Source: Planctomycetota bacterium (GTDB lineage Bacteria > Planctomycetota > GCA-002687715 > DRQF01). Taken from it: a stretch of DNA of 64,000 bases. Positions 1-8,297 of this stretch are shown here, piece by piece. The notes beneath the pieces were generated by a model. The model did no database searches. It was given only the letters and a program-made list of their open reading frames with translations, and was not told the origin of the DNA. Positions within the stretch are counted from its first letter, which is position 1. Each line of letters starts with the position of its first letter. The stretch lies in the NCBI GenBank assembly GCA_011369445.1, contig DRQF01000120.1:847-64846 (forward strand), read 5' to 3'. The translations under genes and the position numbers were made by a program.

Positions 1-1092
1 GACTCATGCTCTCGAGCTTCGCCAGGATCTTCTGCAGCTCCTTTTTGGCGTCGTTGTATCGCAAAAGCCCCCATGCCGCTCGGAGCGCTCGGCGGATCCT
101 CGCCTGTTGACCTTCGGGAAGATAGGAAAGCACATTTCGCATCTTGTGGATCTGGCAGCGCTGAATCGCCGCATGCTTGCCGAAGATGGCCTTGATCCCC
201 TTCTTCAAAGCCTTCGCCCCGTCAATGACGAACAGACGATTGCGCTTTGGATCGAGCCCCCTGTCGATGAGATCCTCAAGCAGGGCCTTCACCACAGTGC
301 TGTTCTCGGTCGCGCCATCCCAGATGCCCAGGACATGCTTTTTGCCCTCAGAATCCACTCCCAGGGCCGCTACGACCAGGTAATCGTGAAACGAGATGCC
401 GTCGATCATGATGATCGGAATGTCCAGTCCGTCCAAGGGGCGTTCCATCAAAGCGGCCAGATCCTTGGCCGTGGCCGTCTTCCAGTGGCGGCTGACCGAG
501 CTTTTGCGAACGCCGTAGCCCTCACAGAACTCGTCAATCACCCCCTCGTAGTTGCGAGTCGACACACCACGGACGACACGGCGGACAACGTCGTCCTCCA
601 TCCGCCTATCCGCCTGAAACATCCGGTAGCGTTCCAGTTCGACCTCGCCACCATCGACGTGACGAAGGCGGGGGCGCCGAAAGGGAACCTTCTTGCCGCT
701 GAACACGACGTATCCATCCTCGGCTCCCCAGCGCACCGTTTCGCGTTCACGGTCATGCTCGTAACGGCCTCCCGCACGCTGCTCAACTTCCTCGTCAATC
801 AGAGCTTTCATGATCAAAAGGCCCGCTTCGGCAGCGATCGCCTCCACCGCTCCCTGGGTGGCGGCGAGCAGTTGCGGCATCCGAAAAGCAAGCTGAACTT
901 CTCCTCCCCCCACGGCGATGACGCGCCCGTTCTGGGTTCCGGACTTCTTTTTCCTGGTCCTCGACTTCTTGCTGCGGTATTTCTTACTCGACACGGCGGT
1001 TCTCCATGGGTTTCCTGGTTGCGTTTGTCATTCCCAGGCTACCCGGAACCGCCGCGTTCATTTCCTCAATTCAACGGGAAGACGGACATCCC
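1..1092 (-). mobile_element. IS256-family insertion sequence, promoter-proximal end only
   Basis: Transposase plus a putative terminal sequence GGGATGTCCGTCTTCCCGTTGAATT (minus strand, ~1068-1092) resembling IS256-type ends. The other end and the target duplication are outside the window, so the boundary is +/-2 nt. Confidence 0.75.
2..994 (-). CDS. IS256 (Mutator)-family DDE transposase, 3'-partial (runs off the window)
   Basis: Not in the ORF track because it has no stop in the window. Manual minus-strand translation from GTG at 994 (GGAG upstream) gives ...GVSTRNY...IIMIDGI...ALGVDSEGKKHVLGIWDGATEN...LFVIDGAKALKKGIKAIFG..AIQRCQIHKMRNV, the IS256 DDE and QRCxxH motifs. Confidence 0.9.
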   Translation of the reverse strand, partial: MSSKKYRSKKSRTRKKKSGTQNGRVIAVGGGEVQLAFRMPQLLAATQGAVEAIAAEAGLLIMKALIDEEVEQRAGGRYEHDRERETVRWGAEDGYVVFSGKKVPFRRPRLRHVDGGEVELERYRMFQADRRMEDDVVRRVVRGVSTRNYEGVIDEFCEGYGVRKSSVSRHWKTATAKDLAALMERPLDGLDIPIIMIDGISFHDYLVVAALGVDSEGKKHVLGIWDGATENSTVVKALLEDLIDRGLDPKRNRLFVIDGAKALKKGIKAIFGKHAAIQRCQIHKMRNVLSYLPEGQQARIRRALRAAWGLLRYNDAKKELQKILAKLESMS

Positions 1093-1183
1093 CCGGGGTC
1101 GACCTTGGTAACGTGAGCGTGGCGATGTCCGAGGACGACCTGCGCGGCCTCGATGCCCCAGTCCTCCGCGCCAGGCTCGGCTG
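1093..1183 (-). pseudogene. Tyrosine recombinase/integrase C-terminal relic
   Basis: Translates to ...DWGIEAAQVVLGHRHAHVTKVD, matching the box II LGH...T..Y motif. The catalytic Tyr position is Asp (GAC) and the IS end follows within a few nt. Confidence 0.55.
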
Positions 1184-1284
1184 AGTTGGCCAGAAACCAC
1201 CCTAACACGTTGCCCACAAAGCACTTATAGTAGTGCACGATCTTCGGACAAATGCTTGGCCGTCTGGTTGTCATCTCCCTGCAT

Positions 1285-1306
1285 TTATTTGCTGCGCAGC
1301 AAATAA
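1285..1306. promoter_or_regulatory. Perfect 22-bp palindrome, candidate antitoxin operator
   Basis: TTATTTGCTGC|GCAGCAAATAA in the AT-rich region ~70 bp upstream of the 1379 start. Confidence 0.5.
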
Positions 1307-1378
1307 GGTGTTTTCTCTTGCGCCTGGGCCAGATTTGGCGATATTTACTGTGCAGGAAATCTCATCAGGAGCTTTTCG

Positions 1379-2452
1379 ATGAGCGGAAGGCCACAAACCG
1401 AACAATCGATCGTCGAGCGTCTGCAAGATGCGCTGCGCGGCCTCCCGAGAGTAGAGGTCCGCGACTGGAGGCTCGAGCCATCTCCTGGAGATCTCCAGGG
1501 GGATGGAGTGCTCGACATCAGCGTCGCTGACCGCCACCTCTCGCTGGTGCTCGAGATCAAAAAGAGCGTTTATCCCCGCGACGTTCGGCAAGTCATAGAG
1601 CAGATGAGGCGCACCTCGCGGCAACCGAGCCATCGCCTCGCGGTCCTCGTGGCCGAGTCCATTTCGCCCGGGGCGAAGGAGCTGCTCCAGGCTGAGGAAC
1701 TCGGATACTGGGACTCCGGCGGAAGCCTCTTTCTGACCGCTCCCGGCCTGTTCATCCTGATCGAACGCCCGGCGCCCAAGTCTCTCAAGCGCACCATGCG
1801 CACGTTGTTCTCCGGCCGTCGAGCGCAGGCAATCCTCGCCATCTTGAATTCGCATGAGGAGTGGGTCGGCGTCGCCGAGGTTGCGCGCCGGTCGGGTGTG
1901 TCGAGGCCAACGGTGTCCCAGGTGATGACCGAGCTCGAGCGACAGGGCTTCATGGACTTTCGCGGGGCCGGCCCCACGAAGGAACGACGAGTCGAATCTC
2001 CAGGAGAACTCCTCGACACCTGGGTGAAGGAATTTCCGATGCTCAGGAAAACTCACGCGCGTCGGTTCTTCGTCCCTGGTCACAAGGCAGATCGACTCGC
2101 AGACGAGATCTCAAGGAAGCTGGAAGAGAGGGGCGTGACCTACGGACTCACTGGCCAGGCCGCCGCTCAGCGCTACGCACCGTTTCTCTCGAGCATCTCC
2201 GTGGTCACGCTCCGGATTCTTCAATCTCCCGCAGTCGAGGAAGCCATCGCCGATCTCGGTGGACATGAGGTGGATGAAGGAGCAAACCTCGAAGTCTTCG
2301 CGACCAAGTCGGGAGATGAATTCAACTTCCGGGAGAAAGTCGACGATGTCTGGCTTTTGAGCCCGATTCAGGTCTACCTCGACCTCATGGGAAGCAAGGG
2401 GCGGTCGCAGGAACTCGCCGATCACCTTCGTCGGGAGAGGATCGGATTCTGA
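1379..2452 (+). CDS. AbiEi-like antitoxin / transcriptional regulator (type IV TA)
   Basis: Central wHTH (VGVAEVARRSGVSRPTVSQVMTELERQG). The C-terminus (LTGQAAA...GANL...SPIQVYLDL...GRSQELA) is typical of AbiEi_2-type proteins. AGGAG RBS; TGATG-coupled to a nucleotidyltransferase. Confidence 0.75.
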   Translation: MSGRPQTEQSIVERLQDALRGLPRVEVRDWRLEPSPGDLQGDGVLDISVADRHLSLVLEIKKSVYPRDVRQVIEQMRRTSRQPSHRLAVLVAESISPGAKELLQAEELGYWDSGGSLFLTAPGLFILIERPAPKSLKRTMRTLFSGRRAQAILAILNSHEEWVGVAEVARRSGVSRPTVSQVMTELERQGFMDFRGAGPTKERRVESPGELLDTWVKEFPMLRKTHARRFFVPGHKADRLADEISRKLEERGVTYGLTGQAAAQRYAPFLSSISVVTLRILQSPAVEEAIADLGGHEVDEGANLEVFATKSGDEFNFREKVDDVWLLSPIQVYLDLMGSKGRSQELADHLRRERIGF

Positions 2453-3345
2453 TGGACAAGCCTCGCACGAAAGAGGGTTACGACGACGGGATCACAGCAG
2501 AGTGCGTTCGGGTCCTCGTGACCCTGCTTCGAGGTCTCGGTCCGTGGAAGGAGTCGGTCTACCTCGTTGGTGGTTTGGCTCCGAAGTACATCATCGAGGC
2601 AGCCCCTCCGGAGGTCCCCGAGCACGCCGGGACCTTGGACGTCGATTTGGTGATCGACCAGAAGATCTTGGAGGAGACCGAGGCCTACAAGACGCTGGAG
2701 AAAAACCTCAAGAGAATCGGGTTCGAGCGAGCGACCAACGACGCTGGCTCCAAGCTCTCCTGGCGCTGGCAGATTCGAACCGACAAGGGGCACCTGATCC
2801 TGCTGGAATTCCTCGTCGATGCGCCCGGTGTCGGCGGCGGCCGAGTCGAACCGCTGCCAGCGAAGGGGCGTCGAGTTTCGGCGCTGAACGTGCCTCACGC
2901 CTCCCTCGTTTTCGACTTCCACGGCGAGTCCATCGAAACCGCGGAGCTGCTTGGCGAGAACGGGATCGTGGAGGAACGGATCCGCCATGCCAATATCGTG
3001 AGCTTCCTCTGCTTGAAGGCCTTCGCTTTCGAAGACCGATACGAGCGCAAAGATGCCTACGACCTCAACTACTGTCTGGAGCACGCAGCGATCGACGCAG
3101 TGACCCGCGGCTTTCGGTCAGCCCTCGAAGGCCGTCGCAGAGACGAAATCAATGCGGCCGTCGATATTCTCCGCCGACGATTCGTGGGCGCCGATCGCAC
3201 ACGAAGTCACCTCCTCGACGGTCCTGTGGCCGTCGCGAAGTTTGAGCTCGGGGAAGAGAATGCCTCCGAGACTCGAGAACGCCGAGTCCTTCGGCAGCGC
3301 GAGGTCAGTTCCGTGATCGCATCACTTCTCGACGAGCTGGGTTGA
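2452..3345 (+). CDS. AbiEii/AbiGii-like nucleotidyltransferase toxin
   Basis: Pol-beta NTase motifs LVGGLA...GTLDVDL, later LKAFA...RKDAYDL; coupled to the upstream regulator. Confidence 0.75.
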   Translation: MDKPRTKEGYDDGITAECVRVLVTLLRGLGPWKESVYLVGGLAPKYIIEAAPPEVPEHAGTLDVDLVIDQKILEETEAYKTLEKNLKRIGFERATNDAGSKLSWRWQIRTDKGHLILLEFLVDAPGVGGGRVEPLPAKGRRVSALNVPHASLVFDFHGESIETAELLGENGIVEERIRHANIVSFLCLKAFAFEDRYERKDAYDLNYCLEHAAIDAVTRGFRSALEGRRRDEINAAVDILRRRFVGADRTRSHLLDGPVAVAKFELGEENASETRERRVLRQREVSSVIASLLDELG

Positions 3346-3464
3346 CACGCACGACGTCGATGTGCTCTTCACGAGTTGGAGGTCAACCCTCGCTTTGTCG
3401 TGGCGGTGGCCGAGGACGGTCAGGGGACGCGTAAGTCACGCGCTCAGCAGGAACATACTAGCAG

Positions 3465-3538
3465 TGGGCGATGAGGGGCTCGAACCCCCGACCCCCTCGG
3501 TGTAAACGAGGTGCTCTAGCCAACTGAGCTAATCGCCC
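3465..3538 (-). tRNA. tRNA-Val(TAC)
   Basis: GGGCGATTAGCTCAGTTGGCTAGAGCACCTCGTTTACACCGAGGGGGTCGGGGGTTCGAGCCCCTCATCGCCCA folds as a cloverleaf with anticodon loop TTTACAC and TTCGA T-loop. CCA is not encoded. Confidence 0.97.
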
Positions 3539-3556
3539 TGGAATGCGGTCGGGAGA

Positions 3557-3585
3557 GGTGTAGGACAGGGACGACGGGAAGTCAA
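3557..3585 (-). promoter_or_regulatory. Sigma70-like promoter of tRNA-Val
   Basis: TTGACT-N17-TACACC on the minus strand just upstream of the tRNA. Confidence 0.5.
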
Positions 3586-3726
3586 TGCGGAAGGGGCGCT
3601 GGAAGGGCGGGCATGGGCGGTTTTCCCGGAAATCCCCTTGACAGAAAGTCCTTGCGACGGGTAAGAATAAGAGTGTCAAAAGACGTTCTTGTTGTTGCCG
3701 AATGAATGCTGCCTGGAGAGTCAGGG

Positions 3727-4515
3727 ATGAGCGAGCGCGAGCGTAGGGTCTGCACGGACCCATGGACCGGCGTGACCTACGAGAAGAAGGCGGGCGAGAA
3801 GGTGCCTCCGCGGGCTCATCTGACCGACGAGTGCCTCCGCCTCCTGAATCTCTACGCGGCGTTCGAAGACCAGAGGAAACCCGGCTCCTTGGCCCGGCAA
3901 CACGTCGACGCTTGCCCGAACTGCCAGAAGTACATCGCGCGGAAGGAATGGGAGCGGAAGAAGGAAGAGGAGCTCCTCTCCTCCCCCGACGTCGAAGCCC
4001 TCGTTGCGGACTACGCCAAACGCTTCCGCGTCCCCGTGTGGCAAAGACGCAAGTTCATCGCCGCGGCCTCCGTGCTCGCCCTCGGCGCCCTCGGCCTCGG
4101 TGCCAAGGCCTGGTTCGGACGCAGCGGACCCCAGCCCGTCGGCAACGGCGGTTCGCCGACGCCGCATGCGGATCGGCACGTCTTTGACGCGAACGCACGG
4201 CTTGACCGGCTGTTCAACCAAGGCGGCATCGGCGCGGTCTCTGGACACTTGGTCGGTGCTTCGGAACTCGAAACGCTCCGTGTTTTGCGGTGGATCAGCA
4301 TGCGGGGGCAGACAGCTCTGATCCCCACGGTCATCCCCCTGCTATCGGACCCGCGTCTCGCGATTAGGAATGGCGCAGCGGGAACACTGTCCATTCTTCC
4401 ACCTGTTCCCATCAAGCCATTCCTTCAATCCATCCGCCAAGCCGCCGCGAGCGAGACGGATGCACGGCTACGAGGATCTCTCGAACGGTTGGCGCAAAAA
4501 GTCGATGGGGCGTGA
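3727..4515 (+). CDS. ZAS-like zinc-finger / single-TM / HEAT-like membrane protein (anti-sigma-like), paralog 1
   Basis: C-x22-H-x3-C-x2-C (DEC...HVDACPNC), hydrophobic segment after RRKF, C-terminal HEAT-like LIPTVIPLLSDPRLAIRNGAAGTL. GGAGAG RBS favours the 3727 start. Confidence 0.6.
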   Translation: MSERERRVCTDPWTGVTYEKKAGEKVPPRAHLTDECLRLLNLYAAFEDQRKPGSLARQHVDACPNCQKYIARKEWERKKEEELLSSPDVEALVADYAKRFRVPVWQRRKFIAAASVLALGALGLGAKAWFGRSGPQPVGNGGSPTPHADRHVFDANARLDRLFNQGGIGAVSGHLVGASELETLRVLRWISMRGQTALIPTVIPLLSDPRLAIRNGAAGTLSILPPVPIKPFLQSIRQAAASETDARLRGSLERLAQKVDGA

Positions 4516-4760
4516 TGTCCATCTCTGCCTCACCGGACCCTTCGGGGCGACGTATTTGTGTCACGGTCACCGGAGGCAGCGGTGGAAGAGCCGAGGTGAT
4601 CGTTGACACGCCGGGACTGGCACAACGTGTCGTCATCGATTTGGACCAGGGTGCTGGATTTCATTGCTTTTCTTTGCCCAATGGAATCAGTGACGGCGTG
4701 ATCGTTAGCGGAACAGATGCTCTTGGAAACGACGCGGTCGCGCTCCTCTCGTTGCTCTAA
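4515..4760 (+). CDS. Small hypothetical beta-rich protein (81 aa)
   Basis: ATG overlaps the upstream stop (TGATG) and the ORF fills the gap between the two paralogs. Alternating hydrophobic pattern, two Cys. Confidence 0.55.
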   Translation: MSISASPDPSGRRICVTVTGGSGGRAEVIVDTPGLAQRVVIDLDQGAGFHCFSLPNGISDGVIVSGTDALGNDAVALLSLL

Positions 4761-4863
4761 GCTTTACGGCTGAGCTGCCTGACACATGTCAGTTCGCAAC
4801 AACCCGTGACTCATTTCCGCCACAGGGACGAGTGAAAGCGATGAGCGTCTCTACGGAACTAGC

Positions 4864-4891
4864 TTGACCTCCTTTCAGTGCACCTCATAAT
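4864..4891 (+). promoter_or_regulatory. Sigma70-like promoter of paralog 2
   Basis: TTGACC-N16-CATAAT followed by GGAGGA RBS and ATG at 4913. Confidence 0.5.
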
Positions 4892-4912
4892 ACAGTGCAT
4901 TGGAGGAACGCC

Positions 4913-5722
4913 ATGAGTGGATGGGATGAGTTGGCGCGGAGTATGGGGTCGCGGAAGAGTTCGGGTGGGGTGAGGAGCGGTCGGCCGAGGCGGCCCGTCC
5001 TTTGCGATGAGTGCATTCGATTCCTGTCCATCCATTCGGCATTCGAGGATCAGAGGGAAGACGGGTCGATGGCGCGGGAGCACATCGACGGGTGCGAGGC
5101 GTGCCAGCAGTACTTCGCTTGGAAGGAGTGGAATCGGAAGCGGGAGGAGGCGTTCTACACCTCGCCCGAGGTCGTGGGGCTGGTGGAGGAATACGCCCGG
5201 CGGTTTCGTCTCCCCTTCTGGCAGCGAAGGCGGGTGCAGTTGACCGGCGGACTCCTCCTCCTCGTCGCGTGCGCCGCCCTCGTCCTCTTCCTGGCTTCCC
5301 ACCGCGCCCAAGGCACGCCGCCCGTCCTCTTCATCGGGGTCACGGCAGGGGGTGGGTCGCCGACGCCGAACGTGGTCAAGGCAATCTCCGAGAGTTTCGA
5401 CGGGCTCGATCGCGTCTATGTTGAAGGCGGAGTGCCGGCCATCAACAAGGTGTTCTCGGAGGGCACGACCCAGGACATCCTCGCGGCTGCGCACTGGGCG
5501 GCCGAGCGCGTGAAGACGCCCCTGATCCCAACCTTTGTCGCCGCCCTCGCGGACGGGCGGATCGAAGTGAGAAAGGCCGCGACCGCCGCATTGATGAGAA
5601 TGCCCCCCCTCACAGTCAAACCGTTCGTATCCTCGCTGTCGCAAGCTGCCAGCATGGAACCCAATCCCCAGTTCGGAATGGTCCTTCAGTCCTTCGCGAC
5701 GGAGATCTCTCGAGCTCGGTGA
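4913..5722 (+). CDS. ZAS-like zinc-finger / single-TM / HEAT-like membrane protein, paralog 2
   Basis: Collinear with 3727-4515: DEC..., AFEDQR, HIDGCEAC, KEW, WQRR, GGSPTP, LIPT, HEAT-like ALADGRIEVRKAATAAL. Confidence 0.6.
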   Translation: MSGWDELARSMGSRKSSGGVRSGRPRRPVLCDECIRFLSIHSAFEDQREDGSMAREHIDGCEACQQYFAWKEWNRKREEAFYTSPEVVGLVEEYARRFRLPFWQRRRVQLTGGLLLLVACAALVLFLASHRAQGTPPVLFIGVTAGGGSPTPNVVKAISESFDGLDRVYVEGGVPAINKVFSEGTTQDILAAAHWAAERVKTPLIPTFVAALADGRIEVRKAATAALMRMPPLTVKPFVSSLSQAASMEPNPQFGMVLQSFATEISRAR

Positions 5723-5763
5723 GCCAAGCCGCCAGAAGCGATCTTGGATGCCGGGCAGAAAAC

Positions 5764-5788
5764 GGGCCGAGGCGGGGTGCCTCGGCCC
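5764..5788. terminator. Hairpin between convergent genes
   Basis: GGGCCGAGGC-GGGGT-GCCTCGGCCC 10-bp stem; the A-run on the left gives a U-tail for the minus-strand gene. Confidence 0.6.
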
Positions 5789-5817
5789 ATTGAGGATTCA
5801 GGGTTGGATGCGCTGGA

Positions 5818-8148
5818 TCAGAAGAGGGTCCAGGTCCCGAAGGGGATCATCATGCCGTCGCCGGCGTCGATCGCGTTCCAGATGCCCAGGGCCGGCGTGA
5901 CACCGGTGGGAACCTGTTCGGCAAAGGAATCCGGACCCGTGGCACTCGTGTAGGTGCCGAGGGCGCCCACGAGACCCGTGCCCGTCCCGTCCGTGAAATT
6001 CGTGTCCGAGCCGACAGTGCTGTCGCCGTCGGTGACACCGATGATCACGTTGTGGGAGTTGCCCGCCGGGTTGCTGTCACCCAGGAAGGCCTGGTGATCG
6101 AACATGAGGGAGTTTGGTCCCAGTGCCCCGAAAGTCACCGAAGCCGTTCCCGCGGGGTTGCCCGTGGTCCAGTGGTACTGGTTGCTGAAAGACACCTGCA
6201 CCGTGTTCACCGTCGTGTCCTCGGTCACGTCGATGGTGGGGCTGGGGCTTCCGAGACTGTTCGGGTTGTTGAGGTCCGACCACATCACCGCCACGCCGGG
6301 GCGGGGATTCGTGGTCGGCGTGCTCTGCCAACCCGCGAAGAACTCGGGCAAGCTCTCGCTGAAGTCCGAGCTGCTGGAACCAAAGGTCAGGTAACCATGC
6401 CCGTGGAGGAAGAAGTTCGTGTACTGCAATCCGTACAGAGAAACCGGCACGGTCAGGGTGTGCGGGAACACGTTGCCGCCGTTCGTCACGGCGTAGCTCG
6501 TGAGCACAATACCGGAGTTGACCACCGTCACCGGAACCGTGAAGGTACTGCCGTTCATGAAGATGACCTGCATGTCGTAGGTGCCGGGCGCCGGGAAAGC
6601 GGGCGTCACGATCTCGACCCCCTCGAAGTCCCGGAAGGGGCTCATCGAAGGATTGTTGGGCAACGAGAACGGTGTACTGGCGGTGCCGTCGAGGACGCCG
6701 ACGACCGTGGCCGGCAGCGCGAGACCCGCCGGGTCGAAGACCACGGTTCCCTGGCCGAGCATGTCGGCGAAACCGTGGAACTTACCCACCACATGAATGA
6801 CTTCCCCACCGGCCACGTCGAGGCTGTTCACGTCGACGCCCCGGACGTCATCGGGCGCCAAGGCCGACGCGGTCGCCGTATAACCCGTGTCTCCGGGAAC
6901 GAGAGCCCAGGGCTGGGGCTGGAAGACGATGTTCTGCGTGTTCCAACTGTGAATCCAGTTGTAGGCGCGAGGCGTGCCCATCCCGTCGTATCCCAACAAG
7001 GTGGCGTTCGTCTGGTTGTTGTCGTGCTCCTCGATCTGGGCGACACCCAAGCCACCCGTGGGGTTGGCATGGAGGTCCGTGTCCGCGCCACCGCCCATGA
7101 GGGCCAGCCCGCCTGGGGTGTGGCCGATGAGCCCTGATCCGTTCTGCACGCTCGCCGTGGGATCCATCTGGACGAGGTCGATCTTGAAGTTGCCATCGTT
7201 GGCGTTGGAAAAGAGCTGATCTTGCAGCTGCAAGGTCACCTCGAACATATTCGAGTCGGTGTCGCCGAAGTGAGAAAGGCCGCCCGGCTGGACCGTGGGA
7301 TCCCCGTAGGCGATGCGAACCTGGTTGCTGCTCTCCTGGTAGAGGATCTGGTTGGACGTGCCGCTCTGCCAGTCGGCCAGGAAGATCGCGATGGCCGGTT
7401 CGGCGTTCAGGAAACTCACGGCATCAATGGTGAAGCCGCCATTGGTGACAGAACTTCCGCTCGAGAAATTCACGTAGCCGTTCGCGTTTAGGAAGACCTC
7501 CGTGTAGGCGGTTCCGTGGAAGTTGAACACCTTGCCGGAGATGAAGGGCACTTGGAACGACCCCGAAGAGGTGGGCGTCGCGATGACGATCTGCCCACCC
7601 TGGAAGTTGGCGTCGACCGCCTCGGTGTTGTCCAGGTTGAAGGGAGGCTGCGTCGGGTCCTGCACGATGCCCTGGAAAGCCGCGTGGCTGCCATCCAAAG
7701 CCGTGCCGGCCGCGAGGGAGAGGACGAACTCCGGCGGCGTACCCAGAACCGCGCTTCCCTGATTCGAAGCGAAGAAAGGATCGAGAGGGCCCACGCTCAA
7801 GCCCAGGCCATCGCCCACCAGGACGATGCCGCCGGGAACGGAGACGCCGGCCGTGCCGATGTCGATGGAACCGCCCCACGGCACGGGAAAGACGTTTCCG
7901 GTGGCAGGGCTCATCGGGCTGTAGAGGAGAAGCAACGGCACTCCGCCATTCGCATTGGTGGCAATCCGCAGATCGAAAATACCGGGGACCGGCACGGTGA
8001 CGTCGTGGTCGACGGGATCCGTCATGCTGGGCACCTCACCCTGAAGAGTGAGGGCGGCGTTCGGCCCGTTGACGTCGAACTGGGCGTTCGAAAGCGTCGT
8101 GAGCAAAAGGACAAGACCGACGCAGAGGGTCGGAATTCGGCTTCTCAT
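5818..8148 (-). CDS. Large secreted acidic beta-rich surface protein (two NIDO-like modules, one IPT/TIG-like module)
   Basis: Signal peptide MRSRIPTLCVGLVLLLTTLSNA, GGAGA RBS. Repeated motif FNFHGTAYTEVFLNANGYVNF / VSLYGLQYTNFFLHGHGYLTF; very few Lys/Arg. Confidence 0.65.
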   Translation of the reverse strand: MRSRIPTLCVGLVLLLTTLSNAQFDVNGPNAALTLQGEVPSMTDPVDHDVTVPVPGIFDLRIATNANGGVPLLLLYSPMSPATGNVFPVPWGGSIDIGTAGVSVPGGIVLVGDGLGLSVGPLDPFFASNQGSAVLGTPPEFVLSLAAGTALDGSHAAFQGIVQDPTQPPFNLDNTEAVDANFQGGQIVIATPTSSGSFQVPFISGKVFNFHGTAYTEVFLNANGYVNFSSGSSVTNGGFTIDAVSFLNAEPAIAIFLADWQSGTSNQILYQESSNQVRIAYGDPTVQPGGLSHFGDTDSNMFEVTLQLQDQLFSNANDGNFKIDLVQMDPTASVQNGSGLIGHTPGGLALMGGGADTDLHANPTGGLGVAQIEEHDNNQTNATLLGYDGMGTPRAYNWIHSWNTQNIVFQPQPWALVPGDTGYTATASALAPDDVRGVDVNSLDVAGGEVIHVVGKFHGFADMLGQGTVVFDPAGLALPATVVGVLDGTASTPFSLPNNPSMSPFRDFEGVEIVTPAFPAPGTYDMQVIFMNGSTFTVPVTVVNSGIVLTSYAVTNGGNVFPHTLTVPVSLYGLQYTNFFLHGHGYLTFGSSSSDFSESLPEFFAGWQSTPTTNPRPGVAVMWSDLNNPNSLGSPSPTIDVTEDTTVNTVQVSFSNQYHWTTGNPAGTASVTFGALGPNSLMFDHQAFLGDSNPAGNSHNVIIGVTDGDSTVGSDTNFTDGTGTGLVGALGTYTSATGPDSFAEQVPTGVTPALGIWNAIDAGDGMMIPFGTWTLF

Positions 8149-8297
8149 GTTGAGTCTCCAATAAACCAAACGAATGGGTGACGGGTAGGCAGCGCTCTTC
8201 GAGTTTCACGCTCGGATTGGCAGCGACGCGGTCGGCCCGGTAGGATCCCCGGGAGCCTTCTGTGAATCCTGCCAAGTCCAACCCGTGGAGTCCACCC

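Noticed and set aside
107-1111. 334-aa plus-strand ORF
   Set aside because: Antisense shadow of the IS256 transposase; no motifs of its own.
4779-4792. CTGACA-CA-TGTCAG inverted repeat between the ZAS paralogs
   Set aside because: Only 6-bp arms and a single occurrence; could be chance.
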